From a virus (Duplodnaviria; Caudoviricetes): a stretch of DNA of 47,216 bases. Shown one piece after another: positions 1 to 7,695 of this stretch. Numbering within the stretch: position 1 is the first letter of the stretch; each line of letters opens with the position of its first letter. The stretch spans positions 1-47,216 of the IMG/VR virus record IMGVR_UViG_3300048896_000171; one strand, given 5' to 3'. Under the pieces are notes generated by a model. It searched no databases. It was not told the origin of the DNA and worked only from the letters and a program-made list of their open reading frames with translations. Both the position numbers and the translations under genes were made by a program.

Positions 1-127
1 CGGGGATGATCCGGTCGTCGATCATTGGCCGGCGGCCTTGGCGCGGTCGTCGTTCACGCGGTCGTAGATGCCCAGGGCCTGGGAGACCATCGCGGCCTCA
101 ATCTCCGCCGACTGCTCGAGCGTCGCG
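1..127. repeat. 127-bp terminal direct repeat (left copy), circular-assembly overlap
   Basis: Identical to 47090-47216; ORF 22..252 stop overlaps the start of ORF 46857..47114 across the join. Confidence 0.97.
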
Positions 128-252
128 CCCATGGCCAGGCAGAGCGCCGCCGCGCGGGCCACGGCGTCGTAGTAGGCCGGTAGGTTGATCGTCTTGAGCT
201 TGGTGTACATCGCGTCGCGTCGGGCGCGCGCGGTCTTGTCCTTGGTCGGCAT
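22..252 (-). CDS. hypothetical protein (76 aa)
   Basis: Stop/start overlaps with neighbours on both sides; helical protein-like composition. Confidence 0.75.
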   Translation of the reverse strand: MPTKDKTARARRDAMYTKLKTINLPAYYDAVARAAALCLAMGATLEQSAEIEAAMVSQALGIYDRVNDDRAKAAGQ

Positions 253-542
253 CAGTCCTCCGGAATCGGGCCGCTCGGGACCCAGTGTCGTCGCGCGACG
301 TCGTAGGCCGCCTCGGTGGCCGCCGTCCAGGGCACCGTCGCGCTGTAGACGCGAACGACGTGTTCAAATTCCCAGCCCTGGGCCTCCTCGGGCCGGAGCA
401 CGATCACGTACTCGCGCCCGTCGACGGTCCAGTACCGCCGGTTCTGGGGGGCCATCTTCGCCAGGGGCCGGCCGTAGAAGTACGCTTCGCCGGCGGCCAG
501 GGTCGGCGCCACAATCGCGATGGGCTTGCGCGGCGCCACCAC
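252..542 (-). CDS. hypothetical protein (96 aa)
   Basis: GGAGGAG SD upstream; TGATG coupling to 22..252. Confidence 0.75.
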   Translation of the reverse strand: MVAPRKPIAIVAPTLAAGEAYFYGRPLAKMAPQNRRYWTVDGREYVIVLRPEEAQGWEFEHVVRVYSATVPWTAATEAAYDVARRHWVPSGPIPED

Positions 543-559
543 CTCAGCTCCTCCCAGAT

Positions 560-963
560 TTGCACGCCGCGCGGCCCTGGGCTTTCACCAGGTTTCCGGT
601 CCTACCGTGGGGACTCCAGCGCGCGCCGGTCCTCCGCGGGTTCGGCGTCCACAGCCCACCGCCAGTCCATGAGCAACAACCCATTACGACCCTCACCAGA
701 CGCGCGCGTTCCAGCCGGCCTTGGCCAACCGATCCACGTCGCGCCGGCGTTCTAGGGCCAGCGATTTCCTGCGCCCGAGTGTCCACCATCCCCACATGGC
801 GACGAGCGGATCGTAACAACCGGTCCGCCCGCGGCGGGCTTTCCGTGCCCGCTTTCTAGCCCCTCGTTCGCGCCGCCCTGGTCTCTTGCGTCTCATAGAG
901 TGCGGTTAGCCTGGCCTACTGCGCGGGACCCGTCATTGCTGACGGTCGCCGCGCGGCGTGCAA
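560..963 (-). ncRNA. candidate large structured non-coding RNA (~404 nt)
   Basis: Perfect 16-bp inverted repeat 560-575/948-963 encloses the whole intergenic space; several internal helices with G-U pairs and a GCAA tetraloop on the minus strand; only poor ORFs. Confidence 0.65.
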
Positions 964-964
964 C

Positions 965-1189
965 TCAGCGCGGCTCCTCCGCGCGTAACTCCTCGGTCGA
1001 CTGCTCGGCCCGCGCTTCGCGCCGCGCCCGGCCGAGCCACAACTCGAAAGCGTGAAGGGTCTCCGGCTCCAGCACGATCCGATTGGTCGTCTGGATCCCG
1101 TCCTCCGTCGTGAGCACGACGCCGCCGGCCTCGTCGACCACCACGTACACGCCGTCGCCCAGGTAGTCCTTGCTAAAACGGCGTCGCAT
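965..1189 (-). CDS. conserved phage hypothetical protein (74 aa)
   Basis: YLGDGVY...LTT.DG....N.I.LEP pattern recalled from small phage proteins; GAGGAAGAGG SD. Confidence 0.8.
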   Translation of the reverse strand: MRRRFSKDYLGDGVYVVVDEAGGVVLTTEDGIQTTNRIVLEPETLHAFELWLGRARREARAEQSTEELRAEEPR

Positions 1190-1703
1190 CCTCTTCCTCC
1201 TCGGGCGGGGCCGTGTCGTCGGCCATCTGACTGGCGCGCGTGTAGGTCGACGGGACGGCCAGCTTTTTCTTATCCTTCGGGAGCGGCATCATCACCAGGA
1301 CCTCGGCGTACGTTTCGCCGCGCCGGTCCCGGTGCCCGATGTTCGCCAGCGCGTTCACCCCGATCAACCGCTCCAGGTCGAACGTCGCCGCGTCCTCCTC
1401 GCTGATGGGCTTGCCGCGCCACATATTCAGGTCGCGCCGCAGGCTGCTCCGCTCGTGCAGCGAGTAGGTGTACCGCTTCGTGAGGAGGAACATCTGGCCG
1501 TTCGGGGCCGTGTGTTCCGAGAGCCACCGGAGCTGGACTTTGTGCTTGACCTTGGGATGGCCGCCCCAGGTGTCGGTCACCATCCCCAGGTCCACCACGT
1601 CGCAGCAGACAATCCGTTGCACGCCTTCGGGACACAGCGCGCGCCGGCCGTCCTCGCTCCGGGGTCCGCCGGTGCTCTTCCCAGTGCCGGGAATCATCGC
1701 CAT
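1173..1703 (-). CDS. SSB-like phage replication protein (NGO0469-like family)
   Basis: VVDLG...KRYTYSLHERSSLRRDL..WRGK...FDLERLIG motif and acidic C-terminal tail ending EEEEDATPF; GGAGG SD before ATG 1703. Confidence 0.75.
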   Translation of the reverse strand: MAMIPGTGKSTGGPRSEDGRRALCPEGVQRIVCCDVVDLGMVTDTWGGHPKVKHKVQLRWLSEHTAPNGQMFLLTKRYTYSLHERSSLRRDLNMWRGKPISEEDAATFDLERLIGVNALANIGHRDRRGETYAEVLVMMPLPKDKKKLAVPSTYTRASQMADDTAPPEEEEDATPF

Positions 1704-1852
1704 CAGCGTTCGTACCTCCGTCGCGTGCGCCCGCAGGCCAGGCAAATGTCGACGACGTCGTGCGGCCAGTGCCGGTACGCCAGCAAGACCCACCGGTGCC
1801 GGCGCAGCCGCACCCAGCAGGCCCGGGGCCAGATCGTTCGCGACCAGACCAT
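1703..1852 (-). CDS. small Cys/His protein (49 aa), below ORF-track cutoff
   Basis: MVWSRTIWPRACWVRLRRHRW...DICLACGRTRRRYER; TGATG overlaps at both ends. Confidence 0.65.
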   Translation of the reverse strand: MVWSRTIWPRACWVRLRRHRWVLLAYRHWPHDVVDICLACGRTRRRYER

Positions 1853-2253
1853 CAGGCCGGCTCCCAGGTCACAATCAGCGTGCCGTCCGACGTGTGGGCC
1901 GCGTGCGATCCGTCGTGGCCGAGCGGCCGCGTGCAGCAGTACGGCGCGACCGGCATCGGCGCACTACGCGCGCCACACGACACGATCCCCGGCGCCGCCA
2001 TCTGGTGGGCCAGTCGTTCACCGAGCGAGGAAGCCGCGGGCCAGAAGGCCGGCGGCGGCGTCGCGTCGCCCGTCAGCTCCGGGTGGCGCGCGTAGTACTC
2101 GTCGAGCGCCTTGAGCTCACAGGCCGGACAGACCCACGGGCCGGCCGGCAACGGGCAATGCTCGGCATCGATCCGGCAGGTGAGGACATTCCCGCAGCGG
2201 CAGACGTGGTGATGGGTGCCCGGTCGACGGGGCGGCAAGTCTCGAGGGTCCAT
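1852..2253 (-). CDS. Cys/His-rich putative Zn-binding protein (133 aa)
   Basis: CAGGAG SD before ATG 2253; HxCxC, CPAC and C...GHDGSH motifs. Confidence 0.75.
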   Translation of the reverse strand: MDPRDLPPRRPGTHHHVCRCGNVLTCRIDAEHCPLPAGPWVCPACELKALDEYYARHPELTGDATPPPAFWPAASSLGERLAHQMAAPGIVSCGARSAPMPVAPYCCTRPLGHDGSHAAHTSDGTLIVTWEPA

Positions 2254-2290
2254 GCGACTCCTGAGTGAGTGTGACCCGGGCGGGGGAAAG

Positions 2291-2343
2291 GCCCGCACCG
2301 CTTCACTCGGGAGAGTGTGCGCCCGCACCGCTTCCCCTGTCAA
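2291..2343 (-). promoter_or_regulatory. sigma70-type promoter TTGACA-N18-CACACT with a 14-bp direct repeat (GAAGCGGTGCGGGC x2)
   Basis: -35 at 2338-2343, -10 at 2314-2319; repeat copies 2291-2304 and 2321-2334. Confidence 0.6.
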
Positions 2344-2373
2344 GGGGAAAACGGCGCGGGTGAGTGTGGTGGC

Positions 2374-2796
2374 CTAGTTTTCGTCGCCGGCGTCCGACCA
2401 GGCCGGGTCGACGTCTCGAGGCAGGCCCTGGTCCACCTGGTCGCGCGTCAGCCCGGACCCGTGGTAGCCGCCGCGCCGCGTGCCCACGCGCAGCCAGCGC
2501 GCATCCAGCCCCTGGGCGCGCCGCTCCCAGCGTTTGGTGAGTCTCGTGAGGTTCGCCCGCTCGTGCTTGTCCCAGCCGCCGACGATGCCGTGTTGCATCA
2601 GCAGGGGGATCGACGCGTGGAGCCAGGTGTCGCAGGCCAGCCAGTATTCGCGCGCCGCTGCCTCGCTGAGTATCGTCGGTTCGGCCGGCAGCAAGCGGTA
2701 GAACCGCGCCGAGTGCAACGGGCGCTTCACGCCGGGCCGTCGCGCCGGCAGGGCCGGCCGCGCGTCGCGCCAGGGGTTCCGCCGGGCCCCGCTCAC
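2374..2796 (-). CDS. hypothetical protein (start uncertain: GTG 2796 or 2730)
   Basis: GTGA overlap with upstream stop; protein-like C-terminal two-thirds. Confidence 0.7.
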   Translation of the reverse strand: MSGARRNPWRDARPALPARRPGVKRPLHSARFYRLLPAEPTILSEAAAREYWLACDTWLHASIPLLMQHGIVGGWDKHERANLTRLTKRWERRAQGLDARWLRVGTRRGGYHGSGLTRDQVDQGLPRDVDPAWSDAGDEN

Positions 2797-3026
2797 TGGG
2801 CCCCCGGACGCGTGTCGTCCTCGGCGCGTAGCTGCTGTTCGACCTCCACGATCAGGTCGACCTCGGTCACTTCGTACCGTCGCGGCATGTCGGCGAAGAA
2901 CGTCACGATCCGGGGCACGACAGCCACCAGGCGCGCCGGCTCGGCCTCGCGCAGCACGCGCGCCACCGCTTCGCCGATCCACTCCCGGCCGCGCCGTTCC
3001 ACTGTCAGATTGATCAAGGCCTTCAT
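2793..3026 (-). CDS. hypothetical protein (77 aa)
   Basis: AAGGAGG SD, ATGA overlap. Confidence 0.75.
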   Translation of the reverse strand: MKALINLTVERRGREWIGEAVARVLREAEPARLVAVVPRIVTFFADMPRRYEVTEVDLIVEVEQQLRAEDDTRPGAQ

Positions 3027-3223
3027 CGGTCCTCCTTGGGCTCGTCCGGGGCCGCCGGACACGGGCCCCCGCAATCGGGGCAATGCCGGCCGCCGCAGTC
3101 CTCGCAGGCCGGGACGTTCGCTGGGTCGTCCCAGCAGGTCTGGCAGTCGTAGCACGCCGCGGGGTAGGTCCCCTGGGCCCGGCCGCAGCTCGGGCAATCT
3201 GGCGCGCCGCACATACACGGCAT
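3023..3223 (-). CDS. very Cys-rich small protein (66 aa), putative multi-metal binder
   Basis: 12 Cys in CxC/CxxC pairs; AGGAGG SD. Confidence 0.75.
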   Translation of the reverse strand: MPCMCGAPDCPSCGRAQGTYPAACYDCQTCWDDPANVPACEDCGGRHCPDCGGPCPAAPDEPKEDR

Positions 3224-3236
3224 GGTTGCTACCCTC

Positions 3237-3377
3237 CTAGCGGGGTTCTCCTGGCGTGTCGATCACCACGTAGAGCGCCAGCCAGCGCAGCGCGAACCGG
3301 CCCGGCCGGCGCGTCCAGCCCGGTCGCCAGTACCAGGGGTACGAGAACCGGTCCCACTCCACACGGATCGTCTTCAT
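3237..3377 (-). CDS. small Trp/Arg-rich protein (46 aa)
   Basis: AGGAGG SD and ATGA overlap; MKTIRVEWDRFSYPWYW... Confidence 0.6.
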   Translation of the reverse strand: MKTIRVEWDRFSYPWYWRPGWTRRPGRFALRWLALYVVIDTPGEPR

Positions 3378-3571
3378 GGGGCCTCCTGGCTGAACAGCCG
3401 GCGCGCGTTCAGCGCGTCCGCTTGTCCCTGGGCGGCCTCGGCCGTCTTGTGCTGGCCGATGATGTCGCGGGCCTCCGCGTCGACGACGTACCACCAGCCG
3501 CTCCCCGGCAGGACGGTATAGACCGGCCAGGTCGGCGAGTCTCGTCTGGGGAACAGAATGACCTTAGCCAC
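3374..3571 (-). CDS. hypothetical protein (65 aa)
   Basis: GAGGA SD; in operon chain. Confidence 0.7.
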   Translation of the reverse strand: MAKVILFPRRDSPTWPVYTVLPGSGWWYVVDAEARDIIGQHKTAEAAQGQADALNARRLFSQEAP

Positions 3572-3577
3572 GGATCC

Positions 3578-3871
3578 TCACCTTCTCCCGGCCGTCCAGC
3601 GGCTCGCCAGGTTGTCACGCCAGTCCGGTTGATCGTCCTTGGCGTCGACGGTTAGCTCGGTCGTGTCGAAGTACAGGCCGGCAATCCGCTCGCGAACCGC
3701 CTCGATAAAGGCGTCGTGCTCGCCAGACGGGCCCCCAGGATGGGCCAGGTCCTCGTCGGGGTAGCAATCGCGGATCTGGGCAATGACGGCGCCGCGGGAC
3801 GTCCCCAACAGGACGAAGGGGACTTCTTGGGTTCGGTCGTCAACAATCGCAACGTGTAGACGGACGCGCAT
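3578..3871 (-). CDS. hypothetical acidic protein (97 aa)
   Basis: AAGGAG SD before ATG 3871 (MRVRLHVAIVDD...). Confidence 0.75.
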   Translation of the reverse strand: MRVRLHVAIVDDRTQEVPFVLLGTSRGAVIAQIRDCYPDEDLAHPGGPSGEHDAFIEAVRERIAGLYFDTTELTVDAKDDQPDWRDNLASRWTAGRR

Positions 3872-3890
3872 CGGGTTCGCTCCTTTTGGG

Positions 3891-4424
3891 TTAGTGAGTA
3901 CAGAGGCCGCGGTAATTCGGGCCGTGACTGCGTTCGCACTCCGGGCACGCCGCCGGCGCCAGGTCCTCCGCGTCGACGTCTTCCGGATCGCGCACGACGT
4001 ACCCCGCGCGCCGGAGAATGGCCGCGATGGTATCGAGCGTGTCGGGGCTCCACTCCTGGCCATCCAGCGCGCGCGCAATCTCCGCCAGCGCGCCGGCGCG
4101 CGCGTGTTGCTGGGCCGCCAGGATCCGGTCCCGGATCCGATGGCAATTCCCGCAGGTCACTTTCGACCAGTCGGCAATGACGTACTGCTCCTGCTCGGTC
4201 CGGCTTGCCATGCCGGCTTGACAGACGGCCGGGCCCATCTCCAGGCGCGCGCCGCTCTCCACGGGAGAGGCCCCCGAGTGAAAGTGCCACACGGGCCCGT
4301 CCGCGCGCCGGCGCCTCGCGGGGGCCGGGCCGGTGAACTGATAGCCACACGTCAGGCACCGCCGGGTCCCGGCGCGCCGATTGATCGTGTAGGACGTCGG
4401 GTGCTGGCAGGGCGCGCCGATCAC
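3891..4424 (-). CDS. multi-Zn-ribbon hypothetical protein (177 aa)
   Basis: GTGA overlap start; CQH..CLTC, CGNC, CPEC..C.H motifs. Confidence 0.7.
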   Translation of the reverse strand: MIGAPCQHPTSYTINRRAGTRRCLTCGYQFTGPAPARRRRADGPVWHFHSGASPVESGARLEMGPAVCQAGMASRTEQEQYVIADWSKVTCGNCHRIRDRILAAQQHARAGALAEIARALDGQEWSPDTLDTIAAILRRAGYVVRDPEDVDAEDLAPAACPECERSHGPNYRGLCTH

Positions 4425-5035
4425 AAGGCACCCCCGCAATGCGGGCACGCGCGCCGCTTGGCGACCGGTTTGCTGTCCGGGCACGGCCCCAGCACGTACG
4501 CTTCGCCCGCCAGCCAGGCCCGGACGCAATCGCGGAGATGCTCGGCGTACTCCCGCGCGCGCGGGGTTTCTTTCCGGCCTTCGACCTCGTTCAACAGCCA
4601 CCAGTACCGCTGCGTCAGGTCCGCCGGCAACGGCACCGCGCGCCCCTCGCGCAGCGCGAACAGGCAATCGCCGGCCACGGTTCGCGCCTTGTACCACGCG
4701 CGCGCGTCGGTTTCGTTCAGGTCCGCCGGCGCCTTGGGGCCCACGTACGGCGGCCGGCCCGGATCGTCGTCTTCCGGGCATCCGGGCACGACAGCATCCG
4801 GGCTGACAAGTACCTCGGGCTCGGACGCGTGAGTTTCGTTGAGTGAGTGAGTATCGTCGGGCTCGGGCTCGGCCTCGCGCACCGGCTCGGCCGGCTCGGC
4901 CGGGGCCAGGCAGGCCTCGGGTTCGGGGGCCCGGTCGGGGGCCAGGTCGACGTCGACGGGGGCCGGCGCCGCCACGGGCTGGGCCGGGACGGCGGACGGG
5001 TCTAGCAGGGCCAACACGGCATTGATCGCGTACAT
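4421..5035 (-). CDS. hypothetical protein (204 aa) with Pro/acidic N-terminal half and C-terminal CPHC
   Basis: AGGGAG SD; protein-like ORF. Confidence 0.8.
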   Translation of the reverse strand: MYAINAVLALLDPSAVPAQPVAAPAPVDVDLAPDRAPEPEACLAPAEPAEPVREAEPEPDDTHSLNETHASEPEVLVSPDAVVPGCPEDDDPGRPPYVGPKAPADLNETDARAWYKARTVAGDCLFALREGRAVPLPADLTQRYWWLLNEVEGRKETPRAREYAEHLRDCVRAWLAGEAYVLGPCPDSKPVAKRRACPHCGGAL

Positions 5036-5056
5036 GGTCGGGTACTCCCTTGGAAG

Positions 5057-5097
5057 GGCCGCCGGGTCTAGGCTGGAAGGGCCCAGACCCGGCGGCC
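5057..5097 (-). promoter_or_regulatory. CCUUCCA-loop leader hairpin, copy 3 (17-bp stem)
   Basis: GGCCGCCGGGUCUGGGC-CCUUCCA-GCCUAGACCCGGCGGCC upstream of the SD of 4421..5035. Confidence 0.75.
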
Positions 5098-5107
5098 AGG
5101 TTGCCGA

Positions 5108-5560
5108 TTAGAACGGGTCGACGGTGGCGGCCAGCCCGGCCACGGGGGCCGGCGCCGGCGCCACCATGGGCCCGGGCACGGTCGCGATCACGGTCGACCC
5201 GTAGGACACCGTCAGCCGGTCCGGCGCCGGGTCGACGTCGACGGGGGCCGGCGCCACGGGCTGGGCCGCCGGCGCGTCGTACGCGTCCGCATAGGCCGCC
5301 AGGATGGCGCGCCGGATCGGTTCCTGGGCCAAGCTATCGGCCACGGGCCGCAGTAACGCGTAGGATCGGCGCCCGCCATTCACCGTGTACTGGCGCGCCG
5401 GCATGGTGACGTTGCGGCCGCCGTTGCGCCGTTCCCAGACTCCGAACCCGGCCAGCTTGAGGCCGGCCAGGGGGCCGGCGCCGGCGCCGAAGTGTATTTC
5501 TGCGTCCGCCAGCTTGCCGGCCGGGCCGCCACTATCCGTTACAAACTTGATCGTCAGCAT
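5108..5560 (-). CDS. SpoVG-like nucleic-acid-binding protein
   Basis: GKLADAEIHF...GLKL.GF.VWERR.GGRNVT.PARQY...RSYALLRP...IRRAIL.AY resembles the SpoVG-like pattern; low-complexity tail ending DPF. Confidence 0.65.
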   Translation of the reverse strand: MLTIKFVTDSGGPAGKLADAEIHFGAGAGPLAGLKLAGFGVWERRNGGRNVTMPARQYTVNGGRRSYALLRPVADSLAQEPIRRAILAAYADAYDAPAAQPVAPAPVDVDPAPDRLTVSYGSTVIATVPGPMVAPAPAPVAGLAATVDPF

Positions 5561-5604
5561 GATCGCTCCAATGCCGGCGCCAGGGCCGGCGGAAAACGTG
5601 CCCC

Positions 5605-6045
5605 CTAGAACGGATCGTCTGTGGCCGGCCGGGACACCTGCAGGGCCGCCGGCGCCGCCGGGCCCACGGGGGCCGGGACGCGCGGCACCTTGCCGGACGG
5701 GGGCCCGATGTCCTCCGGCGCCGGCGCGTCAATCGTGACGCGCGCGGCCTCCGTCAGCCGGGCCCAACACGTATCGACCAGGTCCGCCACACGGGCCCGG
5801 GCCCGGACCGCGGCCCCCAGGATGCGCCGGGCCTCCTGGAGACGTTCCCGGGCCGCGTCTGAGATGTCCGGAATGGCCACGGCCGCCACGGACGCATGTT
5901 CGGCGATGGCCAGGTCCTCGTCTGAGAAGTACCCCGTACCGTACGGATCGGCGACTAGGGCCAGGAAGACGCGCCGGCCCCAGACCGCGGCGTGCTCTCC
6001 GGGCTGACGGACGGGCACCGTCTCCGGAGTAAGAAACGTCGACAT
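5605..6045 (-). CDS. hypothetical protein (146 aa), C-terminus DDPF
   Basis: GGAGG SD; SSB-tail-like acidic/Phe end. Confidence 0.8.
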   Translation of the reverse strand: MSTFLTPETVPVRQPGEHAAVWGRRVFLALVADPYGTGYFSDEDLAIAEHASVAAVAIPDISDAARERLQEARRILGAAVRARARVADLVDTCWARLTEAARVTIDAPAPEDIGPPSGKVPRVPAPVGPAAPAALQVSRPATDDPF

Positions 6046-6059
6046 TGGACTATCCTCCC

Positions 6060-6094
6060 GGCCCGGGCCAGCGTGGAAGGCGCCAGCCCGGGCC
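6060..6094 (-). promoter_or_regulatory. CCUUCCA-loop leader hairpin, copy 2 (14-bp stem)
   Basis: GGCCCGGGCUGGCG-CCUUCCA-CGCUGGCCCGGGCC directly abutting the GGAGG SD of 5605..6045. Confidence 0.75.
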
Positions 6095-6108
6095 CACTTG
6101 GAAACGGA

Positions 6109-6225
6109 CTACCGAATCAATTCCGCGCGGATACACTCCGCGCGCGTGCGATGCGCCGGCCGGGCGTCGACGTCCCGGAGGACGGCCAACACGGCCAGGG
6201 CCAGGAGGCCGGCCAGGACGATCAA
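6109..6225 (-). CDS. small membrane peptide (38 aa)
   Basis: TTG start overlapping upstream stop; MIVLAGLLALAVLAVLRD... Confidence 0.45.
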   Translation of the reverse strand: MIVLAGLLALAVLAVLRDVDARPAHRTRAECIRAELIR

Positions 6226-6431
6226 GGCCGGCCCCCGCGGTCTAGGGCCAGGAGCACGCGCGCGCATCGCGCCAGCTCGCGACCGTACCGCCGTGACAGT
6301 AGATCATGGTCGAACGAAGGCCGGCCCGGCCGGCCCAGCGATTGCACCTGGCGGACGATGCGCGCGGCCTCCCGGGTGACGGACCGGTGTAGGTCCGCCC
6401 GGGAGGCCGAGAACGTGTAGACGCGCGTCAT
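6222..6431 (-). CDS. hypothetical protein (69 aa)
   Basis: ATGA overlap with 6428..6625; MTRVYTFSASRADLHRS... Confidence 0.6.
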   Translation of the reverse strand: MTRVYTFSASRADLHRSVTREAARIVRQVQSLGRPGRPSFDHDLLSRRYGRELARCARVLLALDRGGRP

Positions 6432-6625
6432 ACCTGGCCCCCAGGATCGGCCACGGCCTCTAACGGGTGCTCCGTGGCGCGCCGGAACCGTTTCAAGTAG
6501 CAGGATGTCCGCTCCAAAAGGCGCCGGCATTGGGGGCACCGGGCCAGCCGGAGTAACGGCCGGCCGGCCCACTGGTAGTACAGCTTGCATCGCGTGCACT
6601 TGCCCTGCGTCACCCGGGCCGCCAT
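6428..6625 (-). CDS. Zn-ribbon protein (65 aa)
   Basis: CTRC...CPQC; starts immediately after the DUF932 stop. Confidence 0.7.
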   Translation of the reverse strand: MAARVTQGKCTRCKLYYQWAGRPLLRLARCPQCRRLLERTSCYLKRFRRATEHPLEAVADPGGQV

Positions 6626-7669
6626 CTAGGCCGCCACCAATTGACGCGCCGCAACCAGGGCCCGGGCCTTGACGTCGTTATAGCCCCCGAACAAGGCCGA
6701 AGACTGGGCCGCCTTGCGCGCGTTGTCGGTTTTCGCCTCCGCCGGCCGGACATGGTCGAAGTACTCCGTCACGGCATTCCACACGGCCCATGGCGTGGTG
6801 TTCCCGTCCGCCGTCGACCCGGCCAGGTCCGCGCCCTTCCCCAGCCACACTAACTGGGAAATCGTCTGGCGCCGGGCCTTGAGGATCGGCGACACAATCG
6901 GCGCGCCGGTCTTGACGTCCGTCTCCGTCGACGGGAATACCGTTTGAATGTAGCGCGCGACGTCCGCCGGCCCGATGATGCGGTTCCGGAGACTGGCGAA
7001 GGTTTCCCCGGTCTTGATCGCGGCCTCCGTCAGCCCGGACAGCACGGCCTCCGCATCGTGCAAGCGTTCGGCCGCGTTCGCGCGATGCATGACGCGCGCG
7101 ACCGATCCGGCCTTGCCGAGCAGGTCCGCCAGGGCCGCGTTGTACGTGTTCTGGCAGACCACGCGGATCAGCGTCAGGTCGACCAGGTACGACAGATTGC
7201 CAGTGTGCCCCCAGCGCAGGAACGCGTAGCCCTTGACGGTGTCCCCGGTGCCCCCGACATCGATCAAGGCGTCCGGCATTTGGACCAGGGCCCAGCATTC
7301 CGACCCGTTCCCTAACGCGCCGGCCGTGGCCACCTGGCACCCCAGCCGGGTCACCATGTCCTCTAGCGTCCGCATGGCGTCCTCGTTTTGGATCACGGTG
7401 TAGTCCGGGCCCACCGAGGACAAGTAGACGGGCCCGGCGGCCGAGGACCGCAGGACCGCTTGCGTGTCCTTCACCGTCACCCAGCCGGACGGGCTGGGGT
7501 ACCCCATGGGGGCCAGGGAAACTTGCCAGTCAAGGCCGGCGGCCTTCCGGACCGCGTCGACGTCCCGGGCCATCTCCGGGGTAATTTTGGTGCCCAGCCC
7601 GTGCCATGGCGTCTGGCCCAGATAGGCAATGCTCACGCGTCCGTCAATTTCCGCAAGGTTTGCAGGCAT
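6626..7669 (-). CDS. DUF932 / TIGR03299-like phage-plasmid protein
   Basis: PWHGLG, AGLDW.V, Y.VIQN, TAGAL..G, IRVVCQNT and W..WNAVTEYFDH motifs; AGGAG SD. Confidence 0.92.
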   Translation of the reverse strand: MPANLAEIDGRVSIAYLGQTPWHGLGTKITPEMARDVDAVRKAAGLDWQVSLAPMGYPSPSGWVTVKDTQAVLRSSAAGPVYLSSVGPDYTVIQNEDAMRTLEDMVTRLGCQVATAGALGNGSECWALVQMPDALIDVGGTGDTVKGYAFLRWGHTGNLSYLVDLTLIRVVCQNTYNAALADLLGKAGSVARVMHRANAAERLHDAEAVLSGLTEAAIKTGETFASLRNRIIGPADVARYIQTVFPSTETDVKTGAPIVSPILKARRQTISQLVWLGKGADLAGSTADGNTTPWAVWNAVTEYFDHVRPAEAKTDNARKAAQSSALFGGYNDVKARALVAARQLVAA

Positions 7670-7695
7670 TTGGAAGACTCCTAAACGACAGATTC

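Noticed and set aside
1-127. 127-bp terminal repeat as a biological phage DTR
   Set aside because: The length equals a common assembler k-mer and it falls inside coding genes, so it is best read as circular-contig overlap
544-896. ORFs 544..819 and 693..896 as genes
   Set aside because: No convincing SD and Arg/Gly-rich shadow composition; the region is better explained by RNA structure
560-963. MITE or group I/II intron interpretation of the inverted-repeat element
   Set aside because: No target-site duplication, second copy or transposase; it does not interrupt a gene; no group II domain V and no canonical group I P8/J8-7 seen. Not formally excluded without a covariance search
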